A stretch of DNA of 60,874 bases, counting the filler, from Sphacelaria rigidula (taxonomy: Eukaryota), in assembly GCA_964200075.2 (NCBI GenBank). It is 9 parts of 9 records of this genome, joined end to end, with 100 filler letters (N's around TTAATTAATTAA, not from the genome) between each part and the next. Parts side by side here need not be neighbours in the genome. Positions count along the whole stretch, not along the records: positions 47,427 to 54,100 come from CAXNAA020018703.1; positions 54,201 to 60,874 come from CAXNAA020018704.1; 7 more parts are not named here. The stretch is one strand, 5' to 3'. A program made the position numbers and the translations under genes. This document shows positions 47,488-60,650 of the stretch, in pieces. Under the pieces are notes generated by a model, which saw only the letters and a list, made by a program, of their open reading frames with translations, was not told the origin of the DNA and ran no database searches. Numbering within the stretch: the stretch's first letter is position 1; each line of letters starts with the position of its first letter.

Positions 47488-50400
47488 ATGAAGTCTCAGG
47501 AGGCCGCTCAGGGACCGGCCCAGGAAGCCGCTCAGGCTGCCGAGCTTCCGATCACTACCGTAGCGAAAAAGAATGATGCCGGCGACTGGATCTGCTCCTG
47601 CGATTATAACTTCGGCAAAGATGAGAAAAGGCTGACTCTAGCCTTAGTCAAAAGGCACAAAAACTCAGAGAAGCACAAGTGAGTTTACCGTCGGTCCGTG
47701 CGTGTGGTTTTCGGAGGCGAGAAGAGCGCGCGAGAGGAAATGATCCCCTTTGTCATCATAGAGTCGGAGGGTGCTAGCGTTCCTATGAATGTTGCCGAGT
47801 ACCTGATTGAGCTAACACGGGTCGCTCAAACATCGAAGAATCAATCAACCCCTTTTGTTGCTGTGTCATATGGCCAGGGCTCAAATGGTGGTGAAGAATG
47901 CGGCTAAATCCAAGACAATGTTGCACTTTTTTCGAAGACACCAGCTGCGTCGAGCGGACCCCAGGCGGAGCAAGCAACAGTAGCACCGGATACCGCAGCT
48001 GGTGACAGCCGAGACCTGGAGGCTGCTGATGTCGAAGTGGTAGTTTGCAGCGACAACGAGGCTGGAAGTTGTCGTGGTGGCGGAGATTATGCTGGCATCT
48101 TGGAGAGAGTCGACCCGCCGTCTTCCCGTACAGACATGTCGACGTTGGGGTTGCCAGCTGAGCGCTTTCCGTGTTCGGGCTACAAGCTGAACATCCCTCG
48201 TCCCGCTCCCCGAAATTATCCCATCGCTTTACACGACGGGGCTCCTGGACACTGCCGCTTGCCCTGGCGCGCAGTCGTCACAACCGACTCCGTCGTTGTC
48301 CATGCGGAGTCGGTTGCTCGGGAGAGTAGCGGAGCGTGCGCGGAGTTTGTTGACGAGAAAGGGGCATCTTGCTCGAGCTGTTCAAATCTGGAGTTCAACA
48401 CGCTACTGCGAGGTATGGGGCTGTTTTCTGCTGCCAGTGGACAGGATGACTCAACTCTACTTGAGTTGCTCTTGTAATTTACTCACATAAACACATAATG
48501 CAGTCTACCGTACCGGCGAAACTGGTGTCGCAACTAGTTGTTGTCGAAAGAAGTTGCAGAGCGTGTATGTTGTTATGTCGTGAGAGAGACATATTACGAG
48601 GTTTCTTCGTCTCAGCCAATCCCGCGGAAATGAACTCGGGACAGGGAAGCAGCAAACATTCGTGAGGACGGGACCGCGTGACCAGGAACATTCTGGAAGT
48701 CAGCTCAACTGCAGTAATTGTTCTTGCCTGAGCACCCGCACAATTCTAATTATCGCATACGTTGCCGTTGCCAGGTATTTGCGATCGGACTACGCTGTCC
48801 TCACAGGATTTGGGAGCCCGACACCTTAATTACCGCTATCTGACGCCCAATCAGTGTGAAGAAAGGGGGCGCATGTTCTCGGCGCGAGTTGGCGAGGGGC
48901 GACTGCGTCAATTTAACCTGATGAAGAAGGTGATGCGCATAGCGAAGAACCTCGACACCATGAAGCGCTTTGTGCTGTTCCTCAGCAAGAACGACGTACC
49001 GGGACTGCGGCGTCACATGGCACAGATGCTCAAGGAGGGCTACTCACCCCTGAAGATGCTCGCCAAGCTTCAAGAGGCGGTGGAGGGTCTGTACAGCGTA
49101 CGGGGTTATGGTACGGACGAGGTCGATCTTGCCATCCTCGTTTTGCGACTGGGGGGACCAGCTCTCTTGTTCACACTCCATCAGACTTCAGGGCTCCCGG
49201 GCATTTCGACTGTCCGGAGACACATGAAGAACCACGGGGTGAGCATGTACGCGGATGAGCGTATGTGATCATGGTAAGACGTGAATTGTCTTTCCCAGTT
49301 TGTTTTCTCAAAACGCCGCGTATGATTTGGGCGCCTCAGCCACCCACTCCGCAACCGCAACTTCGCTTCTGAGCTGTAGATATTTCTTCTTCTCGCGTGG
49401 TCGTCCTCGCCGTGTCCTCCATGATCTCTGCAGATGACTTTCTTGCCCTCTGCCACGTTGGGCCAGGAAGCCCTTGAGAAAAGCATAATGGCAAATCTTC
49501 GACAGATCGCCGTCATGTACGGGGGAATGAGAAAGGTGTGGCTGCTGTCGATGGATGAGCTGGCCCTCGAGATGCGGGCGAGGTACTCCAACGAAGATAA
49601 CACAGTGAGATCAGATAAAGTGATGAAAGTGAAGAAGAAATTGAACGTGTGTACCATCCACGCGTACATTCCACTTTGGTGCGTTGGAGCAAAGTATGCC
49701 CCAATATTGTGGGGACCACATGCTCTTGTACACGAAGACAGTAATGTCAAGATGACATGCGTCCCCGTGCAACCGTTGTCTTTGTCGTGACTGTCTTTGT
49801 CATGGTCACTCACGTCGTGTGTGACTAAACCCGCAACCCCAACCATTTCGAACGGCAATGCAGATCTTGGGCGCATGTGTTCAGCATACGAATCCCGACC
49901 ACATCACGTTCAACAGCATCGCCGATGTGGAGAGGCTGAGCAAAATGGTGGCGCACGGTTAATGCCACCTGGGCAGCGAGAGCACGGTGGTTTCTCTCAC
50001 CGCGATGCGGGGAGGCCATGCGCTTCCGGTAGTTGCGTTTAGCAGCTGCAAGCAAAGTAACCCTGTCCAGCAGCGGAGGGTAGTGGAGACGGTGAGCAGT
50101 AAAAGAATGGGTACGTAGGATGTATCACTACTGAACTGCTTACTTGCCAATGCGTTGTGCACGGGTCGACGACAGCGTTAGGTGTGTTCTTTAGAGCTGG
50201 TAATTGACAGGTACTCGATTGGGTTGGGCTGTATGTGGTATCAAATGACTGGTTTCTGGTGCGGTCTCTCAGGAGCAGACGTGGGCACACGGCCGGTACC
50301 AGAACGACCGCCTTATACCCCGGGGTGCAGTATATCCACAACTTTTGTACCGCCCCTGGTGACGTAAATCTCGTGATCCATTGTACGGGGAAACTAGGTG

Positions 50401-53400
50401 GAAAGGCTTTGGAATCACCACTTTAGCGAGGACCACGGCAGCATAGTGGCCATGGCCTCCGATGGTGATTCTGTACGTCGCGGATTGCTTTTTGACAAGG
50501 GTGGCGAAGTGGCGTCAGACCCCGCGCATCATCTCCCCCTTCAGGACAACACGAACAGCGAAAGCGGAGTTCGGCAGGTGCTGGATTTGAAGCACATGAT
50601 CAAGCGCGAGCGCTTGCGTGACATCAACGCCAAGGTAGTAACGATTCGGCCGGGAGGACTACCGCTCAATGGTGACCTGAGCAAGCGCCTTTTTCTCATG
50701 AGGGACGCTGGTTCACGCGTGACAGCTTTATTCGACGTTACTGACAGGTGCGCTAAGCGGTGTGAGGCGTTTTCTTTAGATGTAGATGCGTTATTCGAAC
50801 TCACTTTACCCTCTAGGAACCGTCCCCTCCCATCCGCAGTGTAGGCACCCCACTCTTTCAAGCGCTGACGAAGAAGAAAATATGGAAAAAATAGGACCCC
50901 GACAACAATCGTTTGTATGACGGGAGGCCACAACCGATCCCGCCGACGTACGTCACACCAAAACGTCGCCGCGGTACGGCCGTATTGGTTGTAGTCAATG
51001 AGTGAAGGCAACGAGTCAGGTGTGCTTAACTCTGCGCATACAGCGAAAGCCAGCACCGTCGCCTCTGAGTTTCAAAGAACAAAACTGAGCAGCACCTGTA
51101 TAATTTCGAAACACGCAGTCCCGTGTGCGCGGGCGGCACACAAGTACATCGGTGTCGCACCCCAACGGAGTTTTATCGTGCTGGAGTCCGAAAGTCGCAC
51201 CCGCCCAACACTTGGCAGGCGTGCCAAGCCGAATCAAGAGAACAAAGAAGTATGGTCGGGCTCACAGAACCCTGTCATCACGCGTGGAAGGATTGAGATG
51301 GGGTACAATACAGTATTTGCGCGATTCACGGCCAGTTGGAAGCGGTCGCGGGTCTGCAGAACACTCCTTGGGCAAAATAGTGCTACGTGGAAGGCGCAAA
51401 CAATCGGCTATGTATCTTCGAAAAAACAGCACCTCGACATCAGCACTTTCCAAGCAACGGTACTAAATAGGTTAAGATTTACTCTGGCATTATTCCGTAG
51501 CTGAGTCATCCTCCCCATGCCATCCCAGCGTCGTGCAAGTGGCCGCGCTCTGCTCCGGGTACCCACGGACACTGCGTACCTCCGCAGGAAAAATGTGGAA
51601 GCGGCCGTAAAACTTCAACGGGCTATTGTGGAAGTCGCAGAGACACCGCGGTCGGCGCTTGATGACATCCAACAAAACCCCACCATGCAAGATGCTCACG
51701 AGGACATTCAGGTGTGCCCCAATATGATTCTTGGACGTGCTATCCCTGAAATGAACGACCATTGCGTAATCGTCTAGCTCAGTTACTCGTTGGAACTCCC
51801 CTGGTCGGTAATGACTTGCTGCGCCTTGTGTGTTGTTGGCCGTTCTTCCCAACTCTTGGATCCCCACCCCACCCCTCTGTCGGGATCAGGTGCGAGCAGC
51901 CATTGCCAAGCGGCTTTTGGCTGTACTGTTCGACAACACGAAAGGCATCGGCGAGCTTTTACAGGGGCTGTCGTGCGTTGCTCATTTATTGCTGATATTG
52001 TTCCGTGCGAATGAGACAGCCTTCAAGACATCCCAGTCGTACCACGATATCCAAGCCACCGTGCGCGGGGTGTTCTTCGTCGTGCAGCAAGCGAAAACCC
52101 TTTGCCCGGGTGAAAAGATGTACCTGTGGCAGGTGGGCTCGGATGGTTTGGAAAACCTGTTTGCCGTTGTGAGGACCTTAACGAACTCCCGAAATGTCGA
52201 CCTAAAGGAGTTGGGAGAACGGCTTGGAGCGGCTGTGGCGATGGAGAAGGTGTACAGCGACCACAAAAGTTGGAGGCAGGTGTCTAGACGCCTCAATGAC
52301 ACTCTTGATCACATGAACACGAGTACGTGGGACAAGGGCGCGGTGGGCAACACCGATGTGCGTTGTGTGGATATCGCCTCGGTTTGGGAGAGCGGGTGTA
52401 TGGACGCCGTGTCTGTTCTCCAGGGCCATCCTGTCTACGGCCCTGACGGCTTCGACATCAGCAGGGAATCATTTCGACAGTTGGAGGTAGACGGGGTGAC
52501 GATGCTTAGGCCCCATGGGTGAGTTGACATGTATGCATTGGTAGGAAGTTGTGGATTACTTTGAGAGTGCTGTCAAAGATACCGGGTGAGGTAACTCAAC
52601 TGTATTTTGGATTTTACACGTCGGGAGCTCCACGTAGGTTGGTGGCTTCAGTCTACCTACCAGCTTCCTCGCCTCGCGCTATTTCACGTGTGACCGCCGT
52701 CGCTATCATGCCCAAATCAAGAAGAGTGAAGTCTACGACGAGGCGGTTGCTGGCTTGATCACGGTCTCCGTGTCTTAAACGAAGCGGGTTGCCGTATGCG
52801 TGTGATACATGTATTTGTATATTTCGCTCAATATTTCGCTCAAAGATGGGCACGCCTGGATCAGCATTGTAGGCTCGTGTTCACCCGTCGTTGCATTTTT
52901 TTTGTTTGCTTCTTCGACGTGATACCGTTCCAGACCTGACCAGCCGGTGCCTGGGTTGAAACTCACATCAGTCGAGACTAATGAGGAGGGGGGTGAGGAC
53001 CAGGAGGAGGAGCAGGCCGGTCAGCCGCCCATAGATTCTGTAGCTGTACCGGAAGAGGCGCACGAACTGGACAATGTACTCGCTGCACAGCAGGCTGGGG
53101 ACACCGAAATCTCTCCGTTCATCGAGGTCAATAATAAGCAGGTGATCGCGTGGGTGGGTGAGGAGAGAGTGCTGTTCGCGCGTGATCACCGGCTATTCCT
53201 CGAACCGTTTTCCTGGGGAAGCACGGGGTACATCTGAGTTCGGTAATCATGTCCCTGCCGTGTGGTTTCACTCATCGCGGTTTGTCAACTGCTTCGCTTC
53301 GCGTTTCACCGCAGGGTCAAGCTTGGCATGCTTCATTTGCATACTTCACAGATCACCACCTGTGGACGTATCGAAAATGTATTCGCCGCAGGTGTACAAG

Positions 53401-54100
53401 CAAAGTGCGGTTTCGCTTTACCTCGGCGCGGAGGCCAAGTCAGCCTCTCGGGATCGTCTCTCCAGGGTCAGGGGGTTTACACCGACGCCGTCCGGTGATG
53501 GCACCTCACTTACGGAGGTGCCTTTTCAAGTTGCAGATCCCTTTGCCACATTTTTGGCAACTCCCGACAACATAGGGTCGTACTCCTTAGCTCTCTTTCA
53601 GACAACTTCTGTTGTTAAAAAGGCCGGTGAAGGGGTTTTGAATTTTGGAGGGCAGGTGCGTGGCAGCCTCTTACGGGTTGCTGAGATCAAGGGACGGTCA
53701 CCTCCGGACGCCGAAAGGACATGGTAGTGGGATCGAGCGCAGCATGAAGGTCTGCACCGTGGTAGTTATACAGTGTTCTCCAATCTTGCGATACCCCTCG
53801 ATCCCCGTATGAGCAATGACTTAAAAACGTTCCAATTCACATACAGTGAACTCGAGGGACTGACGGTGGCTCTTGTTAACGCGGTTGATGGATTGAAGGG
53901 TTGGGGCTCCCTTCCAATGCAGCGGCGGTACCAGCTCGGCGACGTGGACTCACTGCCGATTCACGAGGACTTCACGCATTCCCGTCCGTTGGAGGACTCT
54001 GCATTTTGTGCAGGGGGGGGAGGCGCAAACGAATACCTTGCATGCGCAATCTGCAAGGTTGAGGTGAAGAGGACCATGATGCGCCGCCATGTCGGTGGCC
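47488..54100 (+). pseudogene. Intron-rich P-element-superfamily-like DDE transposase, ~1200 codons, 3'-truncated by the contig end; join(47488-47678, 47878-48412, 48775-49238, 49434-49604, 49864-50091, 50398-50747, 51588-51711, 51890-52518, 52934-53141, 53392->54100)
   Basis: Nine GT-AG introns, all phase-compatible. Motifs in order: C-x-C...H-x5-H zinc finger, KTMLHFF, LPGISTVRR (HTH-like), LSMDEL (D1), ASDGD (D2), LDLKHMIKR (DxxH), NVEAAVKL, GSDGLENLFAVVRT (E), SRDRLSRVRGF, and C-terminal CAIC...MRRHVGG. Lesions: 1-nt frameshift in the T run 47927-47932, TAA 49960-49962 and TAG 53725-53727. Confidence 0.78.
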
Positions 54101-54715
54101 NNNNNNNNNNNNNNNNNNNNNNNNNNNNNNNNNNNNNNNNNNNNTTAATTAATTAANNNNNNNNNNNNNNNNNNNNNNNNNNNNNNNNNNNNNNNNNNNN
54201 TTACGCAGTGAGTGGCGTGTTTTATAGCGTCATCGCCAACCGATGCCAACCCCATCGGGGGTCTACACTAGGGGGGGGGGGGGATTTTGGGCCTTTTCTT
54301 CCACGAAATCCCATTCACATTGAGAACGTTTGGGATGTTCCTTCAACCCCTAACGTGCCTATTTTGATTTTCCGGCAACGTTTTTTTCGCTCGGAAAGAC
54401 GGTCAGGCGGATGAAGCAACCTCGGAATGACTTCCCTAGCCGCTTGCTGCCCAGGGGACCTCCGGCACGTGTAATGACTTTGAAGCCGAATAAACAAAAC
54501 AAATGGGCACACGTGAAACCTTCGAAAAATGGAAAATAACCGCTATAATGAATAATCAAACTACAGTATGTATTCTTGTATGAAACATTGAGTCATTCAA
54601 GCGTTCTGGTTCGATCGTGTTGATCGTCTTGCCTCTATACCTATGTGCCCGCCCATTCGTCTGCTGTCCGTCCGTCTATTCGCCGGTCTGCTTTTTATAC
54701 CACCACCTTAACTAG

Positions 54716-57440
54716 GTACTGGGAATGCACGGTGCTGCCTCCTGAGACACCACAGGGACACTGTCGCCTGGGCTGGTCACGCCGTACCGGCAGTCTTCAA
54801 GCACCCGTTGGCTACGACAAATACAGCTACGCGTATCGAGACATCGCGGGCTCAAAGGTACCGAGCGTTACGCGATATTCACACTCCGGGGTGATGAATT
54901 CGTGGACCCCGAAAGTTCGGTTCCCCGGAGGTGTTAGTTATCTAGGGCGTGGTATGCAACGTACTATGATACGTGAGAGTGAATACAGTGGGAGTCCCAG
55001 CGTAGTGTGGTGAGTCAGCCACCATGCATGACCGCGCTATGCTGGGGCCCCCACTGTATCTACACCCATATGTCGTAGTACATTGCATACCATCCCAGGA
55101 TAACACCCCCGGGGGTGTGGGATTCGCTTACCTGGAGTTGTTGTCCAGGAGGGGGTATACAATGTACCATGACACATCGTTGTAGATACGGTGGGGGTCC
55201 CAACATAGTGCGGTAGATGGGCAACCCGGCATGACCACGCTATGCTGGGATCTAGTACTATCCTGGGACCCCACATTATGCCGGGACCAGGCCACTATAT
55301 TGGGACCCCGCATTACACTTGCACCCCACACTAAACCGGGGTCTCGCACTATACAGGTGTTGTGCGATTACTTTACACTGGTATGGCGGATCGGACTTGT
55401 GACAGATGACTTTGACCGCACCGCGATGGGACCTCCTCACTAGTGTAGCGGCATGGCGCTAGAAACAACAAAATGTCTTATTAATCATTGGGGGATGTTA
55501 AACAACGTAGCGGTGTTGTACTATGGAATCTATCTTGCGTAAGTTCCTCTTGTGTTTTGAAGTGTCTTCGCGACAAGATGTTTCGATTCTGTGGGCGAGG
55601 GAGGTTTTGGAGTTGGAGGATGACCACATAGCTGTACTCACCTGTGTGTGACGAAGTCATCCGTGAAGCTTGTTTTCGTCACACTTTGAACCCCTCCACT
55701 TCCTTTGGACGTGTCCGTGATCTCCAGGGATCAATCCATCTAACCCCGGTACACGCCTTGCATTTTGATCTCGCGGATTGGGTCATGACTATCAGCACTC
55801 CTGCACCGCGTCAACTTTCGTCAAACAAACTCAGCTCATTCATTTCGTTTGTTTTTCACTCACGCCCACACGCTTTCGACGGTGGGAATCAAATACTAAA
55901 AAGAAAATATATAACGCATCGAGAATCGAACTCACGTTCTCGTCACCCTAATGGTGACAGTTGGGCCGGTAGACCACCCGAGCGCGGCGCCATGCCAACT
56001 GTAAATAATAAATCAGGTTCACACGAAGATACGTAGCTCGTAAATTAGCGTACGTCTCCTTTTGGGGGGGGGATCCCTGTAGATGTCGGTGTTCCTCGTG
56101 TCGGTGTTTATGGGGACGGTGGACCAATGATGGTCGTTGGGTCCTAGAGTTCTTACGGTAGGATAGATGGTCATGATCCATGGTTAGTTACGTCGATGTT
56201 GTCCCGCTGTACGTGTGCATGTGTGTTGATTTTGATTGATTGATTGTCGCACTTGAACTGACCCCCTAGGGGTTCAGCCGTGATCACATGATGGACGTAC
56301 CCAAGACGAAACAAAGCTGAAAACACTCGCTGAAGAAAGAGAAGGAGCAGAAAAAAGTCGAACAGAACGACATAGTACACTAAGACGCGAAGAAAAAAAA
56401 AGAGAGGGGACAAAAAAGTGAATAAAAGTCGAGAAAAAAAAAGCACCGAAAGAAATGGCCGGTCTAAAACAAAAAATGGAGAAAAAGGAAAAAAAAATTA
56501 ATAGCCGTGTGCCATTAGGAACTCCCACCTGTTGTACTGTATGTTTTGTTTCGTTTTGTGTTTCTAAATAATGACGCTGCTTTTGTTTTTGTGTTTATCG
56601 TGACATCTTGTGGTTGTTTCGAAATAAAACACGGCAACGCCGCTGCTAGGTACACGAGTCTCTCCGATCGGACAACTACGGCGAGCCATGGGGACCGGGT
56701 GACGTCATCGGGTTTCTCATCAAAATCAAACAAGATGAGCCCAAGTGAGTAGTACAGATGAAAAATAGATGCCATGTGTATCGTACAGTAGAGATGACTA
56801 GCCGTTCACTACTGTAACGTCGAGTACTTTGTCCCGACAAGCGTTTACTTTTTTTCCCATCATACTTGAACCCCTCCCCTAAGTGGGGTCGAGCTCGTTG
56901 TCTCAGTGGAACGATCCTTTTTTCTATTCCCCTGTACCACCAAAAAGCAAGTTAGAGATTAGTTAAAAGTGTAATCGCACACTACGGGATGACTCGCATT
57001 CCGATCTATGTGATAACCCGATCTGTGTGATCACCTGATTTGTGTGATGACTCCGACTCCTGTGCGGAAATCGAGTTTAATCATCTAGTCCACTACTGAT
57101 GACGGTAGTCCCGGTGGCTCAGTTAGTAACCTCGAAACCCTCTGACGGTTGGGACCTGGGTTCAAATCTCGGAGCGATTTGGAATGTTTTCTCACACCAT
57201 GCCCAACAGTGGAGAGCGACCATGTGGGTACACAAGATTCCACTCAACGGTCGACGAGGGAAAGGGATTGCTGAACCCCTCTCGCGATAAAAAATTAAGG
57301 CAAGGACCGCAGGAGGAAGGTGAGGTACTAAAAACAAGAAGGGAATAGCTCCTGTGTTGACCTTCCTACTCTGCGACCCCCGCTGGTGCGTCCACATATA
57401 CCGGAAGGTGTAGACTGGCGCCCAGAATAGATGGGACGAC

Positions 57441-57481
<41 letters not shown>

Positions 57482-59983
57482 CTTCAGCGCACACCCCTGT
57501 GCGATAGCTCCGACCTGTGCGATTTTGAACAAATTACACCATCGGCGATACCGGTATTTTAACTGCACACGTGCGATACTGAATAAACCACACCAGCGGC
57601 GATACTGTTTTTTGTAGGGCTGTGAACTGGACCAGTTTCTACTGTCGGTTGAAGTGGAACTGGACTTGAACTGGAACTGGTGATGAGGGTGCCAGGCTAT
57701 CCAGTTTATTCGAGGTTTCCCGTTACCGGCTATTGTTATACCAATTTTGGTACGTTGATTTCATAACGAAGATAGTTACACCATTATATACAGCTTGACT
57801 GTACACTTGAGGCCTAGACTTTACAGCTGCAGATAGGAATTTGGGGTGTCCAATTGAGACGGAGGGCGCTTAGAAGGCGTCGACGGGAATTTTTCACGTC
57901 AACGACACCTGAAGCGGCGGTACACAGCTTCATGCTTTGTCTTCCGTGTTTCGGTCGACTTGTACAGCACGGGTCTGGCGTTCTGCGGTGGTACCATAGC
58001 ACATGAAGAACGGGTTTGCCCTGGGCCAGTCACCAGCTGACTACTGTGGGTGTTTTCTGCCTTTTTTTTTCTCCCGTCTGCTTCGTTGATACCTCATGGC
58101 TCTGCAGTTTTCCGTTTTTTTCGGCCGTAGCATGGAGGTCGACGGCTGGTCCGTCGAATGAGGGAAATTAAGAAATAAAAATGAGGTATGAGTTTTTTTT
58201 TACGGCGGGACGCTTGATGCGGGACTGCCGAACGCCAAAGCCTAATTGCTATTTACCAATTGCATGATGAGCGTTTTGAACATTATGCAGCGCATGTACA
58301 CTACACGTGGAAGAAGTGATGTAGCAGATATATGCCTAGGTTCGTCGTTTTCATTGCACAACATCCGAAAACAAAAATAACAAACGGCAACCCGCGGCCC
58401 CAAAATACGAAATACACCGTGGTTTGCCATTCAACTACATGCGTGTTCGTCGGCCTGGACGTGAATAACTTTGTGCTCTTATCCGCACGTGCTGCTAGCC
58501 TTGCCATTCTTGTTCCCATCGTCCGCTCCGGACGTGGAGTCCCTGCTGCTGTATGCTATAGATGAATGATTTTCGAATTGCTCACCACTTTGAACGGGGT
58601 TTAATGTCATCTAAGCCTCTTAGCTCCTCAATGTGGCGGGTCATATTTTTTACAACTCTCCACATTTTCGAAGGGAAAACAAGCCAAGTACCGCAATTTT
58701 CCTTGCTTCCGGCGGCGCTCCCGCGAGGCCCCCTCATCAGCCGTGGGGGACCATTAGGGCTCGTGACCTCGCCGCTCGCCGCCGATGTTTTCCCAGTTAA
58801 TCAGTGTCGTCGATTAACTGGAAAAACATCGATGTACTGGCCGCTGGCGCGGCCAGTTTCAACTCAACTGGCCAGAGCCGCCGGTTCATAGCCCTAGTTT
58901 TTTCACTTCACCCCTGTGCGATAGCTCCGATACGTGCGATGCTGAATCGGTGTGTACCCCCGGGGCCACACGCGACATCACACAACCTCACGCCCGAAAG
59001 CGGGTTCTTGGTGGGAGTCATCGCACAGGGGTACGATAACTCCGACCTGTGCGATGATTCGCACTTTAGCCGTACCTGCCTGATATATTGGTGCCGAGGA
59101 TCGGATGATGACCACTCATTCCCTCAACCCGCCGATTTTCCGTCAAATTTCCGTTGCTCCTGGCGTTTTTCCATGCCAAGTAGTACACGCTCTCTTTCTC
59201 CCTCTGTCTCTTTCTTCCCCCCTCCCTCTTTTCCCATGGGGTTGGCGTCGGTTTGCGACGACGCTGCGAAACACGCCACTCACTGCGTAAGCTAGGCAAC
59301 CAGGTCACCGATTCTATTTTGCGCTTGCGTTTTTTTTGCGATAACCGTGACGGTGGTTGAGCCACATCGTATCGTGCGGGGGGGGGAGAACCCCAACTCC
59401 GCGCAAAGGAGACGATCATACTGCGTAGTGTTTATATGGTGAGACAACCATGAGGCAGTGTGTAAGCCGTGGCTGTCTCTGGAAGTAGCGATACCAGAAA
59501 AATGGACCAATTGATTGGAGGCTGTCATCCAAATGCAAGACAATTGGTACGCTTCGGGCCGAACAATATTGACAGGATGCAGCTCACCCTTCATGCGACT
59601 CGCGGAAAACACCAGGGCGCTTCGCGCTTGATGATTGACCGCGAGGCTGGTCCCGTGAAAACCCGGCGTGCTCCGTCCCGGCTTTGCAGGTATTCGAAGG
59701 CAATGGTCTTATGACTACGGCATGCAGGATCATGAGTACATCCTCCTCTCCCCCTCCCCCCCCCCTCCCTCTTTTGTTGTGGTAAATCTCATTCTTGCGA
59801 AAAAATACAGGGACACTGCATCCGGCGACGGGACATCGGAGTCGGGCAGGCTTGGCGTGGATGCGGCGGCGGCCGCCCTGTCTGCCAGCAACGACCCCGA
59901 TGTGCCCGGTAACGCCGCCAACGAGATCCGTTTTTTTAAGAACGGCGAGGATCAGGGAGTTGCGTTCACCGAAATGCCGCAGG
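54716..59983 (+). CDS. ASH2: ASH2/Bre2-like SPRY-domain protein (Set1/COMPASS subunit), partial; join(54716-54857, 56650-56744, 59811-59983)
   Basis: YWECTVLPPETPQGHCRLGWSRRTGSLQAPVGYDKYSYAYRDIAGSK-VHESLRSDNYGEPWGPGDVIGFLI...-NEIRFFKNGEDQGVAF. This matches ASH2L RLGWS...LQAPLGYDKFSY, GDVLG and FYKNG..QGVA. Phases 0 and 2 are compatible. Confidence 0.87.
57104..57480 (+). mobile_element. tRNA-derived SINE, full length, with long (CA)n tail, in an ASH2 intron
   Basis: GGTAGTCCCGGTGGCTCAGTTAGTAA...GGTTCAAATC head, conserved body, tail 57441-57480. Confidence 0.88.
58911..59030. mobile_element. Small MITE-like inverted repeat; related terminus at ~57494
   Basis: CCCCTGTGCGATAGCTCC pairs with GGAGTCATCGCACAGGGG. 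Confidence 0.55.
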
Positions 59984-60337
59984 GTAAGACGGGTTTGCTG
60001 CCGCTGCTGCTGCTCCTGTCGTCGTCGTCGTCGTCGTCGTTGTTGTTGTTGTTCAGAATCACGACGTACTTGAACCCATGCGGGTCCCACAGTTTGTGGG
60101 GCCCGGAGATTGGTATGTGGCGCCGCGTAGCTGCGCCTGACCCCCGTTGCCCGCAGATACCCTTCACCTGAAATCGTGACTGCCTCAGGAGTGGACCCCC
60201 CGTGTGGCTGACGGTACGTGGGTTAGGGTTGGGGTTAGGTTCGGTTGGTGTGATGATCAAGAGTAGCACGAGGGATATAACCGCTCCGTGGACGAATAGT
60301 AGCACTTTGGGTGCCAGAGTTTGTGGGAACCATGCGG

Positions 60338-60650
60338 GTGTGGGCGCATCAGCGGGGGTCACACAGGAGGAAGGCCAACACAGGAGTTTTGTATTGTTGT
60401 ATATTTTTTTCAAGTACTCCGCGTTCCTTCTGCGGTGCTGGCCTATTTGATTACCGCGAGACGAGTTCAGCGGTCCCTTTCCGTCGTCGACCATGATGTC
60501 GAATTTTGTGTTCCTACGACATAGTCGCTCTCCACTGTTGGGCATGGTGTAAGAAAAAATCCCAGATCGTGTCACTGCGCGGAGATTCGAATCCAGGACA
60601 CAACCGCCGTCAGAAGGTTTCGAGGTTACCAACTGAGCCACCGGGGCGAC
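60338..60650 (-). mobile_element. tRNA-derived SINE, 3'-truncated
   Basis: Minus-strand head GTCGCCCCGGTGGCTCAGTTGGTAA and the SINE body. Confidence 0.85.

Noticed and set aside
58131..58185. Possible additional ASH2 exon (AG...GAG|GTATGA)
   Set aside because: It has stops in all three frames, and 56744 splices in phase directly to 59811.
27745..59983. Functional cluster of RAD50, transposase and ASH2
   Set aside because: They lie on different, artificially concatenated contigs.
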